Below the pieces are notes generated by a model. It searched no databases and was not told the origin of the DNA. It saw nothing but the letters and a program-made list of their open reading frames with translations. Shown here one piece after another: positions 11,279 through 23,862 of a stretch of DNA of 36,284 nt. The DNA lies in contig CAJVPI010000297.1 in NCBI GenBank assembly GCA_910592345.1, positions 1 through 36,284 of the forward strand. The letters are read 5' to 3'. This DNA comes from Paraglomus brasilianum (lineage: Eukaryota). A program made the position numbers and the translations under genes. The stretch's first letter is position 1. Each line of letters opens with the position of its first letter.

Positions 11279-12381
11279 ATGACCAGTCTCAATGTCAGGC
11301 CAGAAGACTCGGAGAAAACTATAGTATGCGATACCATAACATTAAGCGAATGGGTGACTGGACGCAGCCATTCTTATCCCGAGTCAAGTAAGTAATCACA
11401 ACCATTTAATCCTAACCATCAAAACCATTCTAATATATCAATGTCTAGACCAAGTAGTGGCTCACAGGGGAATAAACGTTACGCTACCACTACAGGTTTC
11501 AGCAGAATACACGATCCAAACGAAATTAGCGTCAGGCACATTTGGGAGCGTATTCTATGGGGAAAAAAAATCGACAAGTCGCCCAGTGGCTATAAAAATT
11601 GTTGAAGCATCCATGGCAAAAACCGTTTTGTACAATGGGAAAAAAACGCCAAAAGAAGCAGCTCTTCTCCAAAAAATTCCTTTGCACCCGAATATCATTA
11701 ACCTCATTGACTGGGCAGAAGCATATCCAAAGCATTGGGTTTTCATATTTGAATATCATGGATATGGCCAAGATAAACCCAAATCCACTTTAAGACATTA
11801 CTTAAGAGATATTGCGAGGAGTAGAGGGCAAGGGTTAACAGAAAATGAAGCGAGAAACATTATGCGTCAGTTACTGGCGGCATGCAGTCATTTGGAGAAA
11901 CATGGCGTTTATCATGGTGATTTAAAACTGGGTAATGTAGTCATCAATCCAGAGGGTAATATAAAATTAATCGATTTTGGCTTGGCTGTCGAAGTAGAAA
12001 GAGGCCTTGGGAGAACGGGGTCGAGTAAGTGTCAATTCCGGACTTGCTATTATTATATAGAAATGTTGTGTAACCGAAACTTTGATTCTGCTTTTCTCAG
12101 TCTTTCCCCCGGAGATGTATGACTACTGCATTCCGTATGAACTATCGACAGCACAAATATGGGTACTTGGAGCTGTTTTTTACCAACTTTTTGAAGCAAC
12201 CAATCCATTTCACGAAGAGCGAATAAAGTCCAAGGCATTGGGGCCAGTTATGTTTAACAGGTATAATCGTCCTTCGAACGAATGCGTAGAGTTAATAGAT
12301 TGGATGTTGAAGGTAGAGCCTAACCACCGACCACAGTCTGTGAATAGAGTCATTTCGCATGGGTGGTTTGGGTGCGTTTAG
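11279..12381 (+). CDS. Ser/Thr protein kinase, PIM/CAMK-like, non-RD
   Basis: Exons 11279-11387, 11449-12024 and 12101-12381 (GTAAGT donors, CTAAC branch point in intron 1, phase consistent). Motifs LASGTFGSV, VAIK, E of alphaC, YHGDLKLGN, DFG, PPE, IWVLG. Confidence 0.88.
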
Positions 12382-12689
12382 AGCTGGTCTATGGCTTTGT
12401 TTAATTTATATTTATGATCTACGATATTTATTGTTGTTACTAATTATGATCCATGGTCTTGTATTGTTGATAATACATTATAATTTATGATCTATGGTTT
12501 ATAACTTTATGTTTATTGTTTGGTAAACGACAATTGCATTTTCTTCTTTTATTGTTTTGACCGTCCATTTTGTCATTCAACATTTTCGACGACTTCATCT
12601 TATCGAGAGTGACTATGTAGATTGTATCACAAGTAAGAGTCGGTGTGGCTAAAAATTTTCAATTGCCCATTTAATTATAGAGAATGATG

Positions 12690-12974
12690 TCAAACCGATA
12701 ATTCACAAAACCGATACGTTTTCAATTCCCGTGCAATTTATATTAATATGTGATAAATTTCTCGTAAAACGATAATACATACCCGATAAAACCGATATTA
12801 TAAGGTAGTGCAAATTACCGTTATATATGGTACACATCAATATCAGATCATCTCCCAATACCGATAATGCTTACTATTTTATATCAATAATCGGTTTTTC
12901 GCGAAAAACTGATATGTCGGAAAACCGATAGAAAAAGGTGAGGACAGCCACATTGGTTTTCCGAGGCTTGACTG
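12690..12974. mobile_element. One-ended pogo-like TIR remnant with AAACCGATA subterminal repeats
   Basis: Right end reverse complement TA|CAGTCAAGCCTCGGAAAACC, and six or more (A)AACCGATA-like motifs in both orientations. No matching left TIR seen. Confidence 0.5.
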
Positions 12975-13693
12975 TAATTAGTAATTTAAACTAAAAAACC
13001 CTCTTTTATAATGTTCCCTGTAACGAGGAGCATTGTCTGAGAGAGAAAAAATTTTTAGTTTGATTTCCGAGTGTGCCATAAAGTATATTGGAAGGTAAAA
13101 AAGTATGCATGCGTTCAATCTGAAGCTGTACTTAACCAATTACATCGGTAACTGTTGGAAGAAGCTGTTAATGAATTAGACTTCAAACTTATTTCTGTCA
13201 ATTAACAACGGTCTGATAATTGAATAAACTAAATACTAGTTTGAATTATCATTCAGTTTCCTAACTGTCTGTAGTGTCGTTCAAATCAACAATTAATTCC
13301 CCATGCTTGCACTATGCTGCGTTCCAAATCTTCATTAGAGTCTTGAAGAGAAGAATCTAGCTGTCAATAATTCAATCAGAATGCAAGTTGGTGCACATTG
13401 TATATCGCCAATTATGCTCTCCTACAAATAAAAGTTTCCAGAATAAGAATGGTTTTTTTTTATCAACTTAATTTTATCGTTATGTTGCATGACGCCTTTT
13501 CAGGTATAATAATAACTTACTAATGCGACCGGTACAAACCCTTGTTTGCCCCTGTTACTCGCAGAAATCAAGGGTTTTTTAAATCCAAATTTGGGTGGTA
13601 TTGATCGAAAAGATCGGCAATAAACTTAAACTCTACAACTACTGCGCGTTCATATTCACGTGTGCTGATTGATCTCGCTTACATTCTTGTATA

Positions 13694-15043
13694 ATGTCAA
13701 CACTCCTTCGCCGTACAAAGACAGCTCTCGAAAAGCTTGCCCCGCTATCTCTTGCAGAGCCCTGGGATAATGTTGGCGTGCTCGTCGACCCGCCATATCC
13801 GCGTCCATCTGCATCAAAAGTTTTCCTGACGATAGACTTTACTGAAGCAGTCGCTGAAGAGGCCCTGGGAGATGAAAAAGTGGGTGTGGTCGTGGCATAT
13901 CATCCACCTATATTCAGACCGTGGAAACGGTTGGAGATGGCCGACGTGAAACAAAGAATTATGATGAAGTGTATAGCTAAAGGTCTTGGAATCTATAGTC
14001 CGCATACAGCCGTTGATGCTTGTTCTGGTGGAGGTGAGAGGAATGATGCGTGATGAAGCAAAGTTCGTGAAGCAATACTTGTCGGAAGCGCGAGGAGATA
14101 TCTTGATTGGACGAGAAAATGCTACTAAGAAGCGCATATCATTGTTATTTGATTAGTGAATGATTGGCTGTCTTCAGCATTGGGGTTTCCAGGTGTTCTT
14201 AAGCCAATAGTTCCTGCGTCAAATATTCCAGAAGGTAAAAGATATCAATCATTGCGATTGCATCTCGATCGACTATTAAAGCAATACTAGAAAATTGATA
14301 CCTGCATTCGGGCAAATGATGAGCTACTCAAATGTCTGCCTACGTATTCTCTGCTGCAGGGCAAGAAACAGTTGGAAGTGGAAGAATAATGACATTTCAT
14401 AAACCTGTATCATTGGATCTCATCATAAAAGAAGTAAAGCAACGTCTTGACTTGAAATATGGTTAGTAAGAAACGGTTAATATTAATATGGTTAATTAAA
14501 AGATGGTATGATTTAATTGATTTGATGTTTATTGTAGTTAGAGTTGCGAGAGCCTTGCGTCATAAAGAACCATCATCGCAAAATATATCAACGGTTGGGA
14601 TATGCGCAGGCTCTGGTAGGTTGATCAAACTAGTGGTTTCGCTTGCTTGATTACGAAACGGTTTCGGGCGCCATACTAATAATTGTGTTGATGACATCGT
14701 TAGGTGCTTCCGTTCTTTCTCCTATTAAAGTAGATCTCTATTTCACCGGAGAATTGTCACATCACGAAGTTCTTGCTGCACTGGCACAAGACACCAGCGT
14801 GATATTATGTAAGGCACCTAAAAGCATACTGCTTACATGTGTTTTTTTTTTATATCTCGATAGGATCATTCTAGCATAGTTGTTGACCGATTTCTATCAG
14901 GTGAGCATTCAAATACAGAGCGAGGTTATCTTACCAAGGTACTGAAACCGCACTTGGAGAAACTGTTGCGCGAAGATGGGGACGATGAAGCTGTTGAAGT
15001 TGTTGTAAGCAGCATAGATAGAGATCCTTTGGATATCGTTTGA
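13694..15043 (+). CDS. NIF3: NIF3 / GTP cyclohydrolase I type 2 family metal-binding protein
   Basis: LAPLSLAEPWDNVG, LTIDFT, VAYHPPIF, YSPHTAVD, GICAGSG, TGELSHH, EHSNTERGYL and DRDPL spread over ~6 exons; stop TGA 15041-15043. Confidence 0.95.
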
Positions 15044-15422
15044 GTTGGAAAACATGCTTGTATTATGAAGAGGGTAAAAGACGCATTTATGGTACCTTTT
15101 GTATAAGGTATATGGATTTTTTCTTTTTCTTTTGATCGCTTCTTATTTTCTGAATTATGCTCTTAATAGAATATCTCTAAACTAGTACTTGTGAATTATT
15201 ATACAGAGATTGCATAACTTACGCGGAACTTGCAAAAGAAACGACTCTCTTGGATAAATATTAATTATCCTGGTTCTTCTCCTTATCGAAGAACGCCTTT
15301 TGCTGCTACTACACCATTTTACGCACACATGAGTCGATCGTATATGTGCTGTTATAGCAACCCTGCCCCAATCTTTACATCCTTTCTCCCTACCCAAAGA
15401 TAAGTAATTATATATATAAATT

Positions 15423-17058
15423 TTATGTGTTTATTACTGTTGCAGTACCATTAGTGTTTGTGGTTGTCAATGTATTAATTGTAGTCGTTGTGGTCGTAAT
15501 AGAATTACTAATACTAACAGTGTTGGTTTCTCGTAATGAGATTAATTTCCCGTTGACGAGAAGCGGGTTTGTCGTAATGGCCTTTGTTGGCGGAGTGGAC
15601 GCCGAATGATTGCTGTCAGAGGAAGAAGTGTCACTGTTGGCAATTGAGCTAGTGCTATATACTATAGTGCTGTTAACTAGGGTATTAGTGCCCAAAACTG
15701 GTGTGTTACTTGCGACTCCGGAAGGATTTAGACCAGCTCCAAGACCGTAGAGATAACCACTGATGATGAATAAGAGATAGATCATGTTGGACGTCAGTAT
15801 ACAAAAGCGATAATGCCGGTTGCAGCTAATATATTCGATAATACATACAGGTATTTTGAATCATCCATTTTGTCATTAAAATACACTTGGCGCATCTTGA
15901 AAAAGGTTGTTGCAGTCAACAGACTGTCACTCCCAGCCTGATGCTGAGGGCCAATTCGAGAAACCTATGAATTAATATAAATAATATTGATTTATTAATT
16001 ATTTAATGACATACACTTATGAGTAGTATGCATATAATCCAACTTGCCTCCAGATCGTTAGCGATTTCTTGCAGACCACATTTGAGATTTTTTAGGCTTG
16101 TAATACAATATTTTATGTCGTATATACACGGGAAATATATCCGCAAAAGCTCAAAAAAATCCGTTTCTTCTGCCGGCATAGGACAACATGTGACAACCTT
16201 CAACAGATAACCGAAATCATATCCACTTTATAGGAGTAATTAATTGGTACATAAGCTCAAGGAGAATAGAAAGATATCTGCGATAATGCAAGATTATTTC
16301 GAAAAGGTCTTTCCTACCTGTGAAAAGATATCCATTTAACATCATCCATTAACACCAACCCCGAACTAATCAACAATTCCGCAAAATGTTCATGATTTAT
16401 TCCGTAATCTTCATGTTTCTTAAAGTCGATACCAGATTTCAGTAACAAATCGATAGAATCCTGCGCATACATATCGTCTCTGTATAAACAGTTTACAGTG
16501 TATTGAGTAAATAACGACATCCAGATAACCCAATGTAACTACTATCCACGCAACCCATCAGGAGGAGATTGTAGAATGTATTGTAACTGTGAAGTTTAAT
16601 GACTAACATTGCCCACACAATCGCCTCAAGAAAAAGAAAGCAACATAATAAGAGGAAATGATTAAGACCACTCACGCAAGGTTGAACCTGAAATTAAACT
16701 GCCATGTGCAGACATCTTGCGGGTAGTTGCCACGTTCATCTGCTAGGGTTATTCCGAGCTGAATAATCTTTAACAAATCCACGTTACAACGTACTGTCTG
16801 ATAGTGGTAGTTTGAACTCGTTCGAAAGTTGCCAATTGGTCTTGCTACTACACCAGGAAATTCAGTATCCTATAGGATGGATGAACCTACGTATAAGTAT
16901 TGTATAAAACACACAGTGACAGATACTACAGCCGCGACCACATACGATACCATCGCGAGGTAGGGATATCGTTCTACAAGGTCCCGAAGAGTAGACATCT
17001 CCTCCTCCAGATTTTCAGACCACACTTCTCTAATATATTTACTTTCGCTTGCTGGCAT
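15423..17058 (-). CDS. CAF1: CCR4-NOT deadenylase subunit CAF1/POP2 (DEDD nuclease) with Ser/Thr-rich tail
   Basis: IREVW, AMDTEFPGVVARPIG, CNVDLLKIIQLG, WQFNF, DMYAQDSIDLL, WISFHSGYDFGYL, YDIKY, HQAGSDSLLT and YLYGLG across multiple exons. Confidence 0.95.
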
Positions 17059-19214
17059 ATTTATCAATATAAACTAGTAACAGCAGCCCCCAGCAAGATA
17101 GAGACGAAAACAACTTTGACGGACAGAACCGGAGAAGTATATTAAAACTCTCACAATCGCACCAAGCTTTGAGGATCTAATCCCGAATGCGGTTACTTGG
17201 CGAAAAGCTAGCCGAATGTGAAGTAGTTGTTATATTCACCGACAATACAATGAATGCAAAAAAGACTTTGAAAGGGGTCAAGGAGACGTGATAAATAAGA
17301 CGAAAGCGAGCCTCAGTGAGTCAAAAACGGCAGGTTTTAGCGAAAGTTTACGTTAAGGTTTGGGGTTGTAATGGAAGTTGGTTGAATGTTCGATGTTTGG
17401 GAGCTGCATGATCCAGTGACTTTGGTGTTTGTGGTTACACTAAAAATAATTTATCCAAAAAGGCATATATAAAAGTCAATCGCCCCCAAATCTAATCATT
17501 TAATATGGGCGTCTGATAGTGTATTGTTTTTTAACTTTTTTTCTTCTTCTTTTTCTTAATAACAAGACTAAAAGCAACTGCCAGAAAAATATTAGTCCCG
17601 AAACTCCAAGGCTAGATAAAGTGAACAACACTTGGCTTTCTCTACGCATCCAGGATATCATTTCGTTATCCATGGTTGTGATATTTTGTTGATTTCCGCT
17701 CTCCCTGATTCTTGTTAAACTTGGCATATATATTGCTTAGAATACATACATGCGTGTGTGATCAGTATTAAAACATTGTCAATGGCTCTAGGATGAGGCA
17801 AGCAAGTTGGCTCTCACAATAAAAATACGAAAATCAGCAGAATAAATAAGAATGATAACCTGATTCTCCAATTCCGTAATAAGGTCGCCCTTGAAATAAT
17901 TTGCGATTGAGAACAATGGAATGCTTCTTCGTTTGCATCGATTCACAAGATTCTCAACAATAAAGGATCGCCTACTACAAATTTAAAGCTTTACTAGTAT
18001 TGAACGTATTGCAGGCTCAGCCATAATGCACAGACACTGTGCCGCCCCCTGTGAAAGAAGCGCAGAGTTCAGATCCATATAATGTTAGGTACTTCAACGC
18101 ATCTCCACTATTTTATTCCGCTTGTGGATGTGTTCAGATTTGCGGCCTGACAGCGTTGACGCCTCAAACAGATGCTAACATATCTGTAAACCTTCGATAG
18201 CATCATTTCTTCACCATAGATGAACTACGTAACTATCCATGACACATTTAGAAGTAGAGAAATTTTCTGATAAAGCGGAGCCATCATCTTGCCAAACAAT
18301 ATTTCAAAACCTTGATAGATTCCCAATTTGTTGAAATGACATAATAATTGACCATGTTCTCCAACAACTTGTGTCGGAACCGGCACGTCAAAACTCCGTT
18401 GATCTGCTCGTCCGTCCAGTCCGTCCAGTTGAACCGATTAAGTTGTTCTTGAGATTGATTTATCCGAGCCGATCACTAATAACCGGTACGTGCTGCGGAT
18501 TCTCACTTATCCTCTGACGTTGGCAAGAACCGTACGTCATATCGGCGGCCTTGGTCTAAAAACCAAGTTTGTCAATAGGAGTCCGATATTCTTTCGTTTT
18601 ATTCCTCCATAGCATTTTTGTTTCGAAGGAATTATCCGTTTCTCCTATGAAAAGTCTCATTGTCACAAATTTTCGTGGTTACTGAAGCGTCGGTTCTTCC
18701 CAGCTGGTAGTTATGAAATTATATTATCGATAATTAGTATGATATTTTTAGGCACATGAGTCAAGTGCGATGCTTGATTCATAGTATTTGAACGTAGAAA
18801 TATTGTTCGTATGATTACTAATTTTGCTAAAATTTCATCGCTCGAATGATTAAAGTATGAACGTTGGTTATCAGCGAAGTTTCCAGGCAAAATTTGATAA
18901 CGTGTGCTATCTATTTACATATTGCTCTTACAATCGAACATCGGAAGCATAATATTATGGAATTCATAACATGTGGATTTATTTTGTAATATATTTAATA
19001 TATTTTGATTTCAGTAATGTAATCTCCGAAAATCATATTGTCAAGAAGTACTTAATTAGTAGAAAATACTGAACATCATGCAACATTTAAGCGTACAGAC
19101 ACACGACAGTCTGTTACAGCAAATTTTATTGTTCACATTAATACCCAAAATACAATAAAGACTATTTCGTGTTTGATTCGCAAATATTTAACGTGCACTA
19201 GTAATTATTTGCAT

Positions 19215-19727
19215 TCAATTTTCTTCCTCAATATTAATCTTAACACCCTCTCTCTTAGCCTTGGGTACTAAAATCGACAAGATGCCGTTTTTATATTTTG
19301 CTTTTACATTATTATGATCAATTCTTCCCGGGAAGTGAAACAACCTCTGGAAGATTCCGGTCTGTCTCTCATTCGACCAATAGGTTAGAGTCTTCCCTTC
19401 ACTCGATACCACTGCTTCACTTTGATTCCCACTCGTTTGATCAGCATCGCCTTCTTGTCGTACTCGCTCATTTTTGCCTTTGAGTATTAACGTGCCATCG
19501 TCCAAAAATTCCACTTGAAGATCTTCTTTATTCATACCAGGCACTTCTGCCTCAACAATATAAGTAGTCTCGGTTTCTGAGACATCTACTGATGGACGGA
19601 TAGTTTGTGTTAAAGAAGGGTAGGCTGCCGGAAAGCGACGAGACGTGGTCAAGAGTGGTTCTTCAAGTAATGAAAATGCACGAGCGAGGTCTTGTCCGAG
19701 TAGACGGGAAAAAGGAGTGAGAGCCAT
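19215..19727 (-). CDS. Small heat-shock protein (HSP20, alpha-crystallin domain), intronless
   Basis: ATG 19727; PSVDVSET, VEAEVPG, ERQTGIFQRLFHFP, AKYKNGILSILVPK, C-terminal I-x-I motif (KINIE). Confidence 0.95.
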   Translation of the reverse strand: MALTPFSRLLGQDLARAFSLLEEPLLTTSRRFPAAYPSLTQTIRPSVDVSETETTYIVEAEVPGMNKEDLQVEFLDDGTLILKGKNERVRQEGDADQTSGNQSEAVVSSEGKTLTYWSNERQTGIFQRLFHFPGRIDHNNVKAKYKNGILSILVPKAKREGVKINIEEEN

Positions 19728-19775
19728 TGCGGATGTAATTTTTTTTTCTTGCACAGGCGTGGGATGATGAATTGG

Positions 19776-19845
19776 TTTATATATATATGTTTATTAAATA
19801 TCTGGAAGGCTCTAGAAAATTTCTAATCTAACGATGACGTCATCG
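19776..19845 (-). promoter_or_regulatory. HSP20 promoter: TATA box, heat-shock element and CRE palindrome
   Basis: TATATAAA on the minus strand ~50 nt upstream of the ATG. Alternating nGAAn/nTTCn-like units aATCt-gGAAg-gCTCt-aGAAa-aTTTc at 19799-19823. Perfect 14-bp palindrome CGATGACGTCATCG at 19832-19845. Confidence 0.7.
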
Positions 19846-21047
19846 CGGGAAAGTTTTAAATTTCGGAACAGGGAATGTCGTCATGTTGATCGCTTTGCCT
19901 TATGTGGTAGTGTCTAAGAAGTTTATGAGAACATATTTTTTGCTAGAAAGATGATAGAGTTTAAAGGTGGTTATTTACTCACCTTGTTGCATCGCTGTCT
20001 TAATCACTTGATGTTGTAGTTGATGATTATTTTAGCAAACTTGTGCTCTCTAAATAATTGTAGCAACGTCATTATTAAAGGGTGAGACTTTTGGCGAATG
20101 TAGACCTGCAGAATTGGTTTGATGAGTTATAGAAGAAAGTTGTCTACAGGCCTTTATAAGATGTAATGGATTGTTGTCCAGTCTCGTTTTAAGTAGTTAC
20201 TATCTTCACCGTCAGTCAAGACATGGTCCGTTTAGTCAATGTTGGCCCCCTAACATCTAACGGTATAGTCAGATACAATATTCAATTAGCTTTGTAATTT
20301 ATTGGCCTCGTCACTCATCTTTGAAAGAGCAATCTAACTTTTCAATGATTATAATACTTTCGCATTGGTGCTTCTCTCTGCGAAATATCAAAAGCTGCAG
20401 TCGTTGTTGATTTTATCTGCAACTTTGACATTGGCAGTCCTGTATGTAGTATGGTAATAAACAATATAAGATCTAAAATCCTCACCACAATTTACGTCTT
20501 TCAACTGTGGTCTGCATGTCCATTCAATTGTCAGTACCAATACGACAAATACAGATGATGTGATTAGCTTGCAGTTCGTTAACAAGTTCCATTGTAACTA
20601 TATCTACGCGCTGGCAAGATATAGCTTGTTAACAATCTCTCTTGCCAAACGGATCGGTTGTATTATTTTAAAAAAAAACCCCAACTTTTAATCAATTAAT
20701 CAATTCCCATCAAAATAGTATCAGCTTCTCGATTTGTCACATCGAAGCAGTAGTGAGAAAGTTCTGGTTTATTTTTAGTCTACTGGGTTTCTTCCATACA
20801 TCCGAATTCTTATAATTCAAAGTTATATATCTATTTATTTTATTTTCCAATTGTTTTCGGAGTTTGCTTATTCTTGCTAGAATGTTCTACTTTGAATCAA
20901 GATAAGTCATATCTTGAAGCCGCAGGTTTTTTTTGTGAAACAATACGCATATTTAAACAATTGCAAATTCTACTCTTCGTTTGCTTTGTTACAATATTAA
21001 ATTGTTGGATCACATGCAACCAATAGAATTCACCCGCAATCATAATT

Positions 21048-22357
21048 ATGACACACTCTAGTGGTAACACCGTTGCTATGGAGGATTTAGTGTATGATTA
21101 TGTAGAAGACGGAATAGGGGAAGGCGGAGTAGTTCGTGACGTTAGACGCATTGAAGAAATCGAAGTCGAAGTTATTTGTATTAGCTCAGATGATGAAGAA
21201 GAAGAAGATGAAGAAGAAGAAATGATATATACACATTCGAAAACTGCGCAGAATAGTATTGGAAATGTGAGAGCCGGAATGAAACGAAAGCGAGAGGAGA
21301 CGACGCGTCAAATTTGTAGCATGGAATGTATCATACCTACTCCTATCGGCGAATCTAATAAGCTTCTGGGTGAGAAGCTAGAGTCTTTTATCATTCTATA
21401 TGCTTCGTTTGCGTTAATATGCTAAAACCCATTTCCATTCTTTATTCAAATCACCCGATTAAAAAAAAAAAAAAAACAACTACCGCGTAATTAATCGTCT
21501 TGCCATAATCAACAACTTAACGATCCAATCCTCTATAAGCAATAAGACAAAAGATTCCTGACATTGACAATCCCATTGTGAGAACATTGGCCTTAACCCA
21601 CCGTTCATACAGCCATCGCGTGGGAACAAATTACGAACGGCTTGAATTTCTGGGAGATCGTGTTTTATCTTTCGTATGTCAGCTTATAGCTCTTTCCCGC
21701 CGCACTGTTTTAAAACTTCCTATCAGTGTCAGTAACATAACTACAGCGGTGAATTATCTGGTTCGGAATACTGTCTTAAGCTGCTTTGCTGAGGTAGCGG
21801 GATTCAGAGAACTCTGCAGGACGAGGAACACATTGAAAGGCAAAGATCTTGCAGATTTGGTAGAATCTTATGCGGCAGGGCTGTATTTAGAGGGCGGGGT
21901 CAATAAAGCTAGAATTTTTGTAGATGCGTTAATGGGAGAGTTGTTAGATCAGTTATTACAAGCCGTTGGAAAAGAGAGGAAGGATTTGAGAAAGTGCTGC
22001 GTGAAACATTTCTGTACTCTGTTGCCAGATTTTGTCGTATTTCAGTTGTTTGCAATCGACGGAAGGCATCCGAAGAAAAGTACTGTTGCTCGTAGAGAGC
22101 AGTTGTATGGCAAACTACAAAAAAGCATGTTTCATACAGATGACGCAAGTAAGCAGTTAAAACAATTTGCAGAGAAAAATAATATGGAACTTCGCGTATG
22201 GATTGGGCAAATAGGACACATGTTGAGCCATGCGACGGTATCGTTGAACGGGGTGATTTATGGGACAGGTACAGATTTAGATTTGAATAAGTCTCTGGAT
22301 TTAGCAGCGATGGCTGCTCTCGATAAGTTGAGGAGCGAAGGGAGACTTTTACTTTAG
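21048..22357 (+). CDS. Ribonuclease III family protein: single RNase III domain, C-terminal dsRBD and acidic N-terminus
   Basis: Exons 21048-21369 and 21540-22357 join in phase. ALTHRSY, NYERLEFLGD, LVRN and ADLVESY are intact. C-terminal KQLKQF...ATVSLNG..YGTG...AAMAAL is dsRBD-like. Confidence 0.9.
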
Positions 22358-23480
22358 GCAAATAGTAATAATTGAAAGAAAGTGAGAGTTGCTCGATTGC
22401 TTGATAATAACAAGAAGGATGACGCTTCAGCGGTTGAAGCTGAAAAGTGACTTTAATTCCATGGTAATCCTGAATACAAACTAATAAATATCTGTATTAA
22501 ATTGCATGTAAGCTTTCATCTATGTTATCAATTCAAAGAGAAATAACAAGTGTACATGAAGGAACTGTAATAAATTGCTATAAATACAACAACACAAATG
22601 TATTCATTGGTCTCACCCATGATAAATATGATACCATCATTCTGATGCTACTGTAGTTTCCCTCCCTAATGGGAACTCCACTCTCTTCATCACACACGTC
22701 AAACTGGCTCGAAACTTTCTTGGACTGATCGGATACTGCGCAATCCTCAAGAATCAGTTTGGTTTTCAATAAACAGTCCAAAGTCCATTTTCCTCTTCAG
22801 AAAGCTGCACTCGTGTGTGCATAGATTATCTACAGACATGTTATGGTGCAAAGCGAGAGACATACTACACAATCTTATCAAAACACATAACAATTGAAAT
22901 GATAGTACAAAAAGCAGTTATTCGAAAACACTCTTAATTCCAATATACATCTCCATGAGAACGTTTATTAAGTAATTACCTTTTCAGTACTTGCTACTAA
23001 TTCGCCCCTAGAATCTCTGTTTTGATAAATTCTTGGTGCATAATGTCCATGTTATCTAGTCATATGACAGTTTTTTTTTTTCTCTTTCGCGGCATGTTTA
23101 CAGGTCCCTTAATTTATTTAGACTTGTTCAACAAACAGTCTTGACATTGTATAAATGGTAATTATTTATATACGATGATAGGATGGACTAGCCATCACAT
23201 AATTGAGCTAATCTGCATGCAGTCACTACAACGTAGCCACCCACTAGTCATATTAATATATTGCCCGTTGAATATAATTTATACTCGGACACCTCACCCA
23301 ATGCAAATGCACACCATGCTCAACGTGACTATATATATAATAGTGATACATGGTAACTACTACAAAAATAATAGCAGTTTACAGTAAAGAGAATGTTCGT
23401 ATAAGAGTGTCTTGCTTATAGGTAGGCGATTGTTGTAAATGAGAGAACGACACTCTTTACTCAATATGCACAATCACTAA

Positions 23481-23506
23481 AGGAAAGGAAAGGAAAGGAA
23501 AGGAAA
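23481..23506. repeat. (AGGAA)5 microsatellite
   Basis: Five perfect copies. Confidence 0.9.
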
Positions 23507-23862
23507 TCACCTAGAGTCGTGACTTTGCAAAGTGTCCTATTATTCAATGTTATCAAAACAAAAGAAAAATCAATTAGCAACACCAGTCACAAATCGATTA
23601 TCCAAAACCATCTTTTATCATTACACCTCCATTTCACCCCTTTCATCTTTGTCGTCTACACTCACCACGATTCAAAGGCAATCATCTGCAACTCATCCCC
23701 ATTAACCTCCCCATTTCTACTATCCCTCCCCATTCCTATAATCTTGATTACACTCTGTTTTTATCTCCCTCTTTCTCTTTTTCTCTTTCTCTCTCACTCT
23801 GTCTCTCACTCTTGCCCTCTAATTAAATTTTCTTCCACTATCCAAAAACTAAACCAAAATTT

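Noticed and set aside
11441..11459. ATG 11441 or GTG 11457 as the kinase start
   Set aside because: ATG 11441 is out of frame and inside the predicted intron; spliced ATG 11279 fits better.
11069..12930. Repeat blocks as CRISPR-like arrays
   Set aside because: Eukaryotic context, units too short, no regular unique spacers and no cas genes.
21994..22028. Extra intron in the RNase III gene
   Set aside because: Only 35 nt and would shift the frame; the ORF is already open through it.
22578..23060. Minus-strand exon-like fragments downstream of RNase III
   Set aside because: No recognisable family and no consistent frame.
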